A stretch of 64,000 nt of DNA from Candidatus Velesiimonas alkalicola (GTDB lineage Bacteria > Omnitrophota > Gorgyraeia > Velesiimonadales > Velesiimonadaceae): the NCBI GenBank assembly GCA_013626165.1, contig NDHX01000005.1, positions 26,875 through 90,874 of the forward strand, read 5' to 3'. Below are positions 50,903-59,686 of the stretch, in pieces. The translations under genes and the position numbers were made by a program. The notes under the pieces are model-generated. The model did not search any database, was not told the origin of the DNA, and saw only the letters and a list, made by a program, of their open reading frames with translations. The number at the start of each line of letters is the position of its first letter. Position 1 is the first letter of the stretch.

Positions 50903-51748
50903 ATGGAAAAGAGACATCGACAACATCTAAAAACACGAAAAAGTCCGCCCTTTAACCTTTTATCCAAGGGACAAGAGGATACGGCAAAAGTGGCTTCGAA
51001 TATTGTGTGGGAAACAATACTTAAAAAATACCCACACTTAGATTTTAATAATCTTGAGACACTGGGTCTTAAAGACTTGAAAGCTGGATATGCTATTGCG
51101 TATATAAACCGAGGCACAAAATTAGTCGGTTTGCCAGAAAGAAAACCCAAAGAATTACAAGCCTTCGACTCCGCAGACGGAATTAAACCTGATGGCGGTA
51201 TATTTTTTGTTCAATCAAAAAAAGATAATTTTAACCATATTATTGGCGCGCTTGAAGTAAAACATCAAGGAGAATATGACGGATATACGCCAATTAGTGA
51301 CGCCGATTGGAAGAAGAAAGGCGGCGACCCTTCAATTCCAAGAGAGAAAAGACCGCCTCAAGCACAAGGTAATGCGATAGAGAGATTTGCTAAAAACGCC
51401 AATGCCATAAAAACACTAACCAGTTTTTATGGCTACAATCCTTATATTGTTTTTACTGAAGGGTTTGACTTTTTCCTTAAAGATGATTTCAAGATTTTTG
51501 AAAAACAACCGCATTCTTCCCGTTTCAAAAACAGAGATTCTTCGATTCTTATGAGGTTGATAGCTGGAAATGATTGGCTTCCGCTCAATAGGGTATATGT
51601 TGATTGCTTGCAGCACGGTAATACCCAAATCTGCCCAGCGACAATTTTTGCTCGAATGTCAAAATGGAGCGCAGAGGAAATCGCGAAAATTATGTTAGTA
51701 GTTATCGATAAATCTCTTGCGCGTCTACGCAAACTTGATGAGATTTAA
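50903..51748 (+). CDS. EcoRI-family type II restriction endonuclease
   Basis: IKPDGG...EVKHQG...AQGNAIERFAKN...PY.VF.EG.DF. Confidence 0.8.
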   Translation: MEKRHRQHLKTRKSPPFNLLSKGQEDTAKVASNIVWETILKKYPHLDFNNLETLGLKDLKAGYAIAYINRGTKLVGLPERKPKELQAFDSADGIKPDGGIFFVQSKKDNFNHIIGALEVKHQGEYDGYTPISDADWKKKGGDPSIPREKRPPQAQGNAIERFAKNANAIKTLTSFYGYNPYIVFTEGFDFFLKDDFKIFEKQPHSSRFKNRDSSILMRLIAGNDWLPLNRVYVDCLQHGNTQICPATIFARMSKWSAEEIAKIMLVVIDKSLARLRKLDEI

Positions 51749-52917
51749 GCAGTTTTCTTTTCAAGAATCCAAAGCAATTCTTTGACTTTTATATCCCTAT
51801 CGCGCAGATTTCTTGAGCCGCGATAAGTGTTATAATCTTGCTCCATTAGTTCCCATTTCCCGTATTGCGAGAGAATTTTTTTGAAGACATCAATTGGAAT
51901 TATTCCCTCGTCGTTATAGGAAATCGCAATAAATTTTGCCCGAGTACCGGCCAAGAGTTGATCCATCGCATCTTCGGCAATCTTTCTTTTGTTATACGCC
52001 GATCTGTTCCATTCTTTTGCTATACCGCTTACACCATCTTGTATTCCCACTGGCTTACCGCCATTGATAATATTAAGCATAAAGTAATTCGAGCCATAAG
52101 GATGTTGATTATAGGGTGGGTCATAATAGACTAAATCAAAGAATGGAATATTTTTGTCTTTCACCAGTTCATTTACATCTCGTTTGCAAACAAACACAGG
52201 ACACTCAAAATCAGAAAATTCAGGCACATCAAGCGAAATTTCTTTTTTAATACGAGAAAGAGCGTTTTCCCCCCGTCCGCCAAAATGTCCATTGCCGTTG
52301 TGCTTATGAAATCCCTTAAACACGCCTGATGTGTTTGTGTGGATAGACGCTTTTACCAAAAGCGAGGCGAGACAAAAATGTTTATATTTTCTTGGCACTT
52401 CATCAATCAGTTCCCGTAAGTTATCTATAATTTTTGCGTTTTTGTTTGTGTAAAATACTCTTTCTCCTTGTTGGACATTATTATCATTTTTTGGAGCATA
52501 ATTTTTTTCTATAAATCCAATATCATTAGCTTTAAGTTTTAATTTATTTTCGTTGAGCCAATTTATATATTTTTCTAATTCTTTTATATCTATTTCTGAT
52601 TTATTAGCAAGATAAGCATGATTTAATGTTTCGGCGTAATCTTCCAAATCGTTTACATGAAGTTCGCTCGCAAATGCTTTTAACAAGCGAGCCGCCGCAC
52701 CACTTCCGACGAAGCCATCTAGTATAACCATTTTTTGCTTCCCTAACTTTTCCCTGATTTTCAGAAATCCTTTATACAGAAAAGGCAGTAGCCGTCGTTT
52801 ATTGCCAATATAGGTAATAAGATGGGAAGTAAAAAATGGGCTCTGTAAGTCTAAATTTTTTACAGGGTCTGAAGGAAACAAATTCAATTTCGATTGTGGA
52901 TAATGTTTCGATGGCAT
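51745..52917 (-). CDS. DNA adenine methyltransferase, D12/alpha class (ORF open from 52944)
   Basis: YIGNKR, DGFVGSG near the N-terminus, YYDPPYN late. Confidence 0.88.
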   Translation of the reverse strand: MPSKHYPQSKLNLFPSDPVKNLDLQSPFFTSHLITYIGNKRRLLPFLYKGFLKIREKLGKQKMVILDGFVGSGAAARLLKAFASELHVNDLEDYAETLNHAYLANKSEIDIKELEKYINWLNENKLKLKANDIGFIEKNYAPKNDNNVQQGERVFYTNKNAKIIDNLRELIDEVPRKYKHFCLASLLVKASIHTNTSGVFKGFHKHNGNGHFGGRGENALSRIKKEISLDVPEFSDFECPVFVCKRDVNELVKDKNIPFFDLVYYDPPYNQHPYGSNYFMLNIINGGKPVGIQDGVSGIAKEWNRSAYNKRKIAEDAMDQLLAGTRAKFIAISYNDEGIIPIDVFKKILSQYGKWELMEQDYNTYRGSRNLRDRDIKVKELLWILEKKTA

Positions 52918-52990
52918 ATTTTTTCTGATAACTTTAGTATACACAATTGAAAAAATAATAGCAAGAGGGTATTATTAAATATAGAAGAAA

Positions 52991-53199
52991 ATTTGCCGCC
53001 AAAGAAAAACTTGTCATGCCTGAGGCAGATCCGCCTCTGGCGGAAAATCGTCCTTCTCGCCTCCGCTTCCCACCTACGCACTGCTTCGGTCGGGCAGGCA
53101 AGGCGAGGCAGGCAGAAAAGGGTTTGGTCTTTGCTTTTCTGCCCGGCGGAGCCAATCTGTCACAAAATCAGTTCGGATATTTTCAAACAGGCACCGCCA
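52991..53199 (+). repeat. GC-rich module tail/junction block copy 1
   Basis: ATTTGCCGCCAAAGA...AGGCACCGCCA; 53083-53109 identical to 59140-59166. Confidence 0.85.
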
Positions 53200-53462
53200 G
53201 TTGGTAAAAGCGAAGTTTGGCTCGCCACCCGTCCCGCCCTCTAAGCCCATCACAAAAATTGGTTGCTTTATTGTTTTTAATATTTCTGAAATAAATTCTA
53301 TAAAACTTTATCATGAGCATAGAGGGCGGGATGAATTTTTTGTCTTTGTCCCGCAAAGCAGAACGTCAGAAGCGGGCTTTTCTTTTTCTTGATTGTTTTG
53401 TTTTTATTTGTTATCATATACTTGTATAGAATTATAGCAGAACAATTTAATGTTATCAAATT

Positions 53463-53675
53463 ATGGAAAATAATCAAGAAAATAAACTGGGAAAAAAGAT
53501 AAAATCATTTCGGCTTAAACTTGAACTTTCACAGGACGAATTTGCCAGAAAAGCTGATATTCCTTACACCACGCTAACTAAAATTGAAACCGGCGTTATT
53601 AAGAAGCCATCGGTTTTTGTTATGGCAAAAATCGCCAAAGCACTGGGTGTTTCGATTGAGGATTTAATAAAATAA
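53463..53675 (+). CDS. XRE family HTH regulator
   Basis: LSQDEFARKADIPYTTLTKIETGVIKKPS. Confidence 0.9.
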   Translation: MENNQENKLGKKIKSFRLKLELSQDEFARKADIPYTTLTKIETGVIKKPSVFVMAKIAKALGVSIEDLIK

Positions 53676-53679
53676 AACT

Positions 53680-54348
53680 ATGAAAAATTCATTTTTAAGA
53701 GCAATCTCAAAAACATTTCGAGCTTACAATACTTTCGGTGCTAGAAGTAATAAAAAATTAATTCCTGTACATAAATGGTTTGCCGAGGTCATAGAAAATA
53801 AATTAGGGAAAGGATATTCGGTTAAAAGTTTAGGGAAAGACGGAGAATTTAAAATAGATGGAAAATACTATCCAAAAACACTAGACATTTCTATTTTTAA
53901 AAATCAAAGAATAATTACGACAATTAGTTTTAAGTTTGTTACCTCAAATTATAAACAGAACTCAAATAATTATTTCGAAAACTTACTTGGAGAAACCGCA
54001 AATATAAGACGAGTAAATGTTGGCTTCGCCCATTTTCTAGTTTTGCGAGCTCGCACCCCCTATTATGATAAAAATAAAGGCAGCCTGAGAGGAAAAGAAA
54101 AGAAGATAGAAATTTTAAACGAAAATGATTTAGTAAAATATGTTAAACTTTTTAATGATTTGGATTTCCCGCACAAACCAGAAGTGTTAGGTATGGCTAT
54201 AATAGATTTTGATAAACGAGGATGTGCTTATTTTGAAAACTTAAAAAATTTAGGGCTGACAGAAGAAACAAAAAATATTTTAGAAAGTCAATTATCAGTA
54301 GAAAATTTCATTGGGAAAGTAATAGCGTTGTGTAAATTAAAATCCTAG
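53680..54348 (+). CDS. Putative type II restriction endonuclease
   Basis: LDISI...ISFKF..SNYKQNSNNYFE PD-(D/E)xK-like core; between XRE and MTase. Confidence 0.6.
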   Translation: MKNSFLRAISKTFRAYNTFGARSNKKLIPVHKWFAEVIENKLGKGYSVKSLGKDGEFKIDGKYYPKTLDISIFKNQRIITTISFKFVTSNYKQNSNNYFENLLGETANIRRVNVGFAHFLVLRARTPYYDKNKGSLRGKEKKIEILNENDLVKYVKLFNDLDFPHKPEVLGMAIIDFDKRGCAYFENLKNLGLTEETKNILESQLSVENFIGKVIALCKLKS

Positions 54349-54351
54349 ACT

Positions 54352-55905
54352 ATGAAAATTAGCGAAAAAAAATTAAATGGCATTGTTTATACTCCTCAAT
54401 GGATTGTTGAGTTAATTTTGGACAATCTCGATTATAAAAATAATATTTACCAAAAAAAGATTATTGATCCGGCTTGCGGAGATGGGGCATTTTTAAGCGA
54501 AGTGCTTGTTAGATTTCTTAAAGATGCTAAAAAAGCAAAAATAGAAAATAAGATTATAAAAGAAAAAATAGAAAACAATATATTCGGCTTTGATATCGAC
54601 GAAAATGCTATAAAAAAATGTATTTTAATACTGGAAGGTATTGCCAAAAAATATGACTTAAAAAATATTAAATGGAATATCTTAAAGACGGATAGTTTAG
54701 ATAAATTTTTCGTTAGTAGATTTTTTGGTTCATTCGATTTCGTTGTTGGCAATCCACCATATATTAGGATTCAACATCTTGGTCTAAAAAGAAGGGAAAA
54801 AATTCAGAATGAATGGCAATTATGTAAAAAGGGGTCAACGGACATTTTTATTACCTTTTTTGAGCTCGGTTATTATTTGTTAAAAAAAACCGGGAAATTG
54901 GGTTATATTGCGCCAAACACTTATCTTAAAACAAAAGCAGGCGAAGGTTTAAGAAACTTTATAAAATTCCACCAAATATTAAAAACACTGATTGATTTTG
55001 AGCATAATCAATTATTTGATAACGCTACGACTTATTCTTTGATAACTATTTTAGATAAAAACCACAAGAAAAACACCTTTTTTTTATTTAAGGGCAATAA
55101 AGAAAATATAAATTATATTGATGAGATAAATATTGAAAATTTAAACAAAGATAATTGGATTTTAACTTCAAACGATATTCTTGAAAAATTAAATAAAATT
55201 GAAAAAAGAGGATTGCATCTGAATGAAATTGCAAAAATTCACGTCGGGATAACCACGCTTGCAGATGATTATTATATTTTTAAGGACCCTGTAATCGATG
55301 GCGATTTCGCAGAAATTAAATTAAAAGATGGAAGAGTATTCCAAGTCGAACGGGAAATTTTAAAACCGATAATAAAAGCCTCTGTGCTTAAAAATCCTAA
55401 TGAGAACCAAAATCGTTTTATAATTTTCCCTTATAAAAAAGTGAACAGCAGGCATTCTATTATTCCAGAAAAGGATCTGAAAGAAAAATATCCTTTTACA
55501 TATAAATATTTTGAGGCAATAAAAGAAGTTCTTGATAATCGCGATAAAGGAAAACCGAATCCTGTTGATTGGTATGCATTTGGAAGGTCACAGGGTCTTG
55601 ATACTTCATTTGGTAAAAAAATATTAACATCGCCAATAAATCTAAAACCAAATTTTATTGTTTGGGAAAAAGAAGAATATACTTTTTATGCCGGATATTG
55701 CATTAAATTCGATGGAGATCTAAAACTTTTAGCTAAACATCTAAACTCAAAAGATATGGAGTTTTACATTAACCATATTAGTAGAAACTATCAAAATAAT
55801 TATAAATCTTTCGCTAAAAGTTTTATCGAGAGATTTGGTATTGATGATTTAAATTTGGTAAATGGGCAGAAACAAAGACAACGATTATTGATATTTCAAC
55901 ACTAA
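54352..55905 (+). CDS. N6-adenine DNA methyltransferase, gamma class (Eco57I/TaqI-like)
   Basis: VYTP, DPACGDGAF, GNPPY, C-terminal TRD. Confidence 0.9.
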   Translation: MKISEKKLNGIVYTPQWIVELILDNLDYKNNIYQKKIIDPACGDGAFLSEVLVRFLKDAKKAKIENKIIKEKIENNIFGFDIDENAIKKCILILEGIAKKYDLKNIKWNILKTDSLDKFFVSRFFGSFDFVVGNPPYIRIQHLGLKRREKIQNEWQLCKKGSTDIFITFFELGYYLLKKTGKLGYIAPNTYLKTKAGEGLRNFIKFHQILKTLIDFEHNQLFDNATTYSLITILDKNHKKNTFFLFKGNKENINYIDEINIENLNKDNWILTSNDILEKLNKIEKRGLHLNEIAKIHVGITTLADDYYIFKDPVIDGDFAEIKLKDGRVFQVEREILKPIIKASVLKNPNENQNRFIIFPYKKVNSRHSIIPEKDLKEKYPFTYKYFEAIKEVLDNRDKGKPNPVDWYAFGRSQGLDTSFGKKILTSPINLKPNFIVWEKEEYTFYAGYCIKFDGDLKLLAKHLNSKDMEFYINHISRNYQNNYKSFAKSFIERFGIDDLNLVNGQKQRQRLLIFQH

Positions 55906-55989
55906 AAATTGTGTAAAGTTTTAAAAATATTTTTTAAATAAATATGACACCAGAATCGGCAGGGCCGAACAATCCGCCAAAGGCGGATT

Positions 55990-56090
55990 AGAAAAACTTG
56001 AAATCGTCGCCTCGCTGTGCGAGGCGCAAACCGCCGAAAAACCTGAAAAAATGTCGGCTCAAACTTTATTTTGGCCAGAAGCAGGCTTTT
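55990..56090 (+). repeat. Junction block: GAAAAACTTGAAATCGTC + module head copy 2
   Basis: GAAAAACTTGAAATCGTC also at 59049-59066; head 56031-56090. Confidence 0.85.
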
Positions 56091-56182
56091 TCTCATTTTT
56101 TGTTTGATTGTTTTTATAATATTTGTTATCATTATATTGAAAAGATAATATATCACTTACATACTATCAAATTATTGAAAAT

Positions 56183-56389
56183 ATGGCAACAGAAATCAAC
56201 ATAGGCGAAAATATAAAGAAATACCGAAATAAACAAGGATTATCTCAAGAGGATTTTGCTAAGAAATCAGGCGTAAAATATACTACCCTGACTAAAATTG
56301 AGAGCAATGTAATAAAAAAGCCGTCCGTGCTTGTTATGGCGAAAATCGCCAAAGCACTGGGTGTTTCGATTGAGGATTTAATAAAATAA
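56183..56389 (+). CDS. XRE family HTH regulator
   Basis: Paralog of 53463-53675; 56342-56391 identical to 53628-53677. Confidence 0.9.
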   Translation: MATEINIGENIKKYRNKQGLSQEDFAKKSGVKYTTLTKIESNVIKKPSVLVMAKIAKALGVSIEDLIK

Positions 56390-56394
56390 AAAAT

Positions 56395-57027
56395 ATGTCA
56401 AGTAAAATAATAGAAATTTTTAACGATGAAAAGTTGATAGATAAAATTAAGAATCGCCTGCCACATTTATTTCAGTTAGCGGAATTAGAAAGCTCAAGAG
56501 CTGGGAAAATTGGAATGGAGGTCGGTTCTTTGCGCGAAAAGATTATTACTGCACTGCTTATTTATAAATTTGGGAAAGAAAATGTTGAGACAGAAATCCC
56601 CATAACCGAATCAGAAATTGATGCTAACCTTTTTGGAGCCCCCATCTCTATTAAAACAATAACCGGTACTAGATTCGGAGGAGTTAAACTAGTTTGGACG
56701 GTTGATGCCAAAAAAGCAGACGAATTTCGTAAAAATTATGAGCCCAGTTACGATATATTGTTTATACAAATTAATTGGGGAAGCGTAGGGGGATTTTACT
56801 ATATTCCATTGGAATCTCAGCGAAGGTTGTTCGATCGAATAGGGAGAGAAAATTATATTCAACTTCCAAAACCGGGAACAAACCCGAGAGGAGCGGAGAT
56901 TACTAAAGAAGCGCTATCAAGTTTAGTTAGAGACAAAGATGCCAAGACCATAGAAATACTATGGAAAAAGACAACAATAGAGTTTAACCCATATAAAAGA
57001 TGGGTAGATTACTGGAAAGAAGATTAG
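56395..57027 (+). CDS. ThaI-family type II restriction endonuclease
   Basis: ESSRAGKIGMEVGSLRE, ISIKT, KLVWTVD, GTNPRG.E. Confidence 0.8.
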   Translation: MSSKIIEIFNDEKLIDKIKNRLPHLFQLAELESSRAGKIGMEVGSLREKIITALLIYKFGKENVETEIPITESEIDANLFGAPISIKTITGTRFGGVKLVWTVDAKKADEFRKNYEPSYDILFIQINWGSVGGFYYIPLESQRRLFDRIGRENYIQLPKPGTNPRGAEITKEALSSLVRDKDAKTIEILWKKTTIEFNPYKRWVDYWKED

Positions 57028-57028
57028 T

Positions 57029-57949
57029 ATGATATACCATAATTATAAAAGAAAAAATGGAACGCAAACCAGCGCCTTTGGTGCACCAGGTCGAATTAAC
57101 CATGACTCGTCAAAATTTTATAACAGCAAGCTTTATGAGGGGTTAAATAATGGAAAAGATGTTGAGTATGTTGAAAATCCAATTGAACCGCAAAATATAA
57201 ACAAAGTTTTTTGCAAGAGCAGTGAGGCAATGATAGAACTTCCAGATAACAGTGTTCATTTGATGGTCACTTCACCACCTTATAATGTTGGTAAAATGTA
57301 TGATGAAAATTTATCCCTCAAAGAATATAGAGAGTTGCTAAAACGAGTATTCAAAGAAACATACAGGGTTTTGGTCCCCGGCGGTAGAGCTTGTATAAAT
57401 ATAGCAAATTTAGGCAGAAAACCATATTTGCCACTTCACAGTTATATCATAGAAGATATGCACGCTCTTGGTTTTTTGATGAGGGGCGAGTTGCTTTGGG
57501 ACAAAGGAAGTAGCGCAAGTTCTTCAACAGCTTGGGGAACTTATCTAAAAGCAAACAATCCGGTATTGCGGGATGTCCATGAATATATTCTTGTTTTTTG
57601 TAAAGATACATTCACTCGTTTAAATCCGCATAAAAGAAAAAGTACCATTTCAAAAGAAGAATTTTTAGAATTTACAAAGAGTGTTTGGAAATTTTCCGCA
57701 GAGCGAGCTTCAAAAGTAGGCCACCCCGCTCCTTTTCCAGTTGAACTACCTTATCGCTTAATCCAACTTTATACTTTTGAAGGCGATGTTGTCCTTGACC
57801 CATTTGTTGGCGCCGGAACTACTTGCATTGCGGCACTAAAAACCAATAGAAAATATGTGGGTTATGATATTGATAAACAATATTGTGATTTGGCGGAACG
57901 AAGAATAAAACAATTTTTACAAGAACAAACGACATTATTTTCGAAATAA
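57029..57949 (+). CDS. Beta-class DNA methyltransferase (probably m4C)
   Basis: VTSPPY before HPAPFP and DPFVGAGTT. Confidence 0.9.
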   Translation: MIYHNYKRKNGTQTSAFGAPGRINHDSSKFYNSKLYEGLNNGKDVEYVENPIEPQNINKVFCKSSEAMIELPDNSVHLMVTSPPYNVGKMYDENLSLKEYRELLKRVFKETYRVLVPGGRACINIANLGRKPYLPLHSYIIEDMHALGFLMRGELLWDKGSSASSSTAWGTYLKANNPVLRDVHEYILVFCKDTFTRLNPHKRKSTISKEEFLEFTKSVWKFSAERASKVGHPAPFPVELPYRLIQLYTFEGDVVLDPFVGAGTTCIAALKTNRKYVGYDIDKQYCDLAERRIKQFLQEQTTLFSK

Positions 57950-58019
57950 ACCAAACGTTCAAACTATGGCGAAAATTGCCAAAGCGTTGGGTGTTTCGAT
58001 TGAGGAGTTATTAAAATGA
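57948..58019 (+). repeat. Third copy of the XRE gene 3' end (KPNVQTMAKIAKALGVSIEELLK*)
   Basis: Homologous to XRE C-termini; stop overlaps the ATG of the next gene. Confidence 0.85.
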
Positions 58020-58915
58020 AAACTATAAAAAGCAAAACACTCGCAATATTTGGAGTAGTAACTTGGATACTTTCGGTTGCGTCTTTGGCTAAAGATCTCG
58101 CTGGAAATTATACGGCTCCAACAGCTTTAATTGTGGTGTCGGCATTGGCAACGCTGGTATTCACGATTATGGCAGTAGTCCGATTATGGAAACCACAAAA
58201 AGTTACTGCCGTTTTGTTTCTTGTATTGTCTTTAGTTTCTCTTGTATACGTTTCGGCTCCAATCAAAATAGTTACCTTCGTTTTGTTTATTTGGGTAATA
58301 TCGCTTCTTTGGGTAATGGGGAAACACGAGGGTCTCGCCAAGAAACTTCAAAAAGATTCTGGACTTACTGATGAAGAATTTTCTGCAATGCTAAAAGAAA
58401 AACAGAAAGGCAATGATAAAGCGGTAGAGAAAATACTTGCTTCAGCGCAAGAACGCGCTAAGGCAAAATATAAAGAAGTTACAGGCGTTAATCCAAAAAG
58501 CATTGTCCCAGAAATCGGCAAGGAGATTTCATGGGCAGATATTGTAAATCATACATTCCGCGTTTTGGATTTTGACAGAAACGAAACAACTATTGATGAA
58601 AATAATCAGGTAAAAGCCAAGAGCCGGCTCCAACCGTACGGGTATTTGCTCGCAGAATCGCCAATTTTGAATAATCGTGTAAAATTGCCTATTATTCATC
58701 GTGATGATTTTCTCCTTGCCGCAAGCGTATTTGATGAACCAAAATTGGCGGCTATGGTTAAAGACGAAGAATTGCTTGTAGTTTACTCGCCAAAACATTT
58801 AGGGCCAAAAGGGTTATCCGGTAGTCCCCACCACGTTTTACATTACGCGATTACGCCTCACGGGACATTAGACGCTTACTACTCGAAAAACAATGATATA
58901 TATGGCGAGACCTGA
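58016..58915 (+). CDS. Unknown membrane protein (about 4 N-terminal TM + soluble domain); may extend to 58991 via an (AT)n slip
   Basis: Hydrophobic first ~100 aa; alternate frame MARPEPQKLVGQFVYQGEIKVQINPEQEF*. Confidence 0.7.
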   Translation: MKTIKSKTLAIFGVVTWILSVASLAKDLAGNYTAPTALIVVSALATLVFTIMAVVRLWKPQKVTAVLFLVLSLVSLVYVSAPIKIVTFVLFIWVISLLWVMGKHEGLAKKLQKDSGLTDEEFSAMLKEKQKGNDKAVEKILASAQERAKAKYKEVTGVNPKSIVPEIGKEISWADIVNHTFRVLDFDRNETTIDENNQVKAKSRLQPYGYLLAESPILNNRVKLPIIHRDDFLLAASVFDEPKLAAMVKDEELLVVYSPKHLGPKGLSGSPHHVLHYAITPHGTLDAYYSKNNDIYGET

Positions 58916-58993
58916 ACCACAGAAGTTAGTTGGACAATTTGTATATCAAGGTGAGATAAAAGTGCAGATAAATCCTGAACAGGAATTTTAAGG

Positions 58994-59286
58994 ATTTGCC
59001 GCCAAAGAGGAAAATCATTTATGATTTTCCTTGCGGGCTACCGCCCGCGAAAAACTTGAAATCGTCCCCCGAAGTAGTCCGCCTTGGGCGGACACTACGG
59101 GGCAGGCTTTTCGCTTCCGCTTCCCGCCTTCACTTTTCAGCTTCGGTCGGGCAGGCAAGGCGAGGCGGGTGGAAAGGGGGTTCGGGGGGAAGGAATTTTT
59201 GCCCGCCCGAGCGGAAAAGTTTTTTAGAAATCAATTTCCGGATTTTCGTTAAAATAGGTTCGAATTTTAACCAAAAGGCACCGCCA
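58994..59286 (+). repeat. GC-rich module tail/junction block copy 2
   Basis: Colinear with 52991-53199; palindromic insert at 59067-59106. Confidence 0.85.
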
Positions 59287-59534
59287 ATTTTCAGAATTCG
59301 GATTTTGGGCAATAAGTTACCTCGCCCCACCAGAGAAACTGTGTTGCAATGCAGAAGACTTGATTATTAAGCCCAATCAGAAATTCCGAAATAAGGATTA
59401 AACAAGTATTTGATAAATTTAGCCCTGTAAGATATAATACGCTTATCACCCGCCCACCTGTTGCGTTGAAAAGAAAGAGGCGGATGCGGTAACCTGCCGC
59501 CTGTCTCTGCCCTAAGACTTAAGATGTGGGGACA

Positions 59535-59602
59535 GATGATCAGTTGGGTAGCCGATTCATCCTCTACAACAGACAGTGGCGGATAAACAGTGAACCTTAT
59601 CA
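59535..59602 (+). promoter_or_regulatory. Candidate DUF1646 (Na+-I) riboswitch
   Basis: GTTGGG..GCCGATTCA...AGTGGCGG.....CAGTGAACC resembles my recollection of the consensus; upstream of a P-type ATPase. Confidence 0.45.
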
Positions 59603-59686
59603 CCTGAGAGCTCTACAAAGGACCGGGTGAATTGACGGATAATCAGGGATCTGTGCTCACAGACTCTCAAAAAGGAGAATTAAGTT

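Larger units (their letters stand above)
50463..59332. mobile_element. tRNA-Ser-anchored modular defence island without integrase
   Basis: Three RM systems + unknown gene, repeated junction blocks, starts at the tRNA 3' end; right boundary approximate. Confidence 0.7.

Noticed and set aside
52884-53392. Several 60-80 aa ORFs in the junction block (also 55902-56204, 58996-59370)
   Set aside because: Overlapping frames in GC-rich repeated non-coding DNA interrupted by palindromic inserts
59320-59332. CCTCGCCCCACCA as attR of the island
   Set aside because: Resembles a tRNA 3' end but does not match tRNA-Ser (CCCCTCCGCCA); used only as an approximate boundary
50463-59332. Prophage, retron or DGR
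   Set aside because: No phage structural genes, integrase or reverse transcriptase in the window
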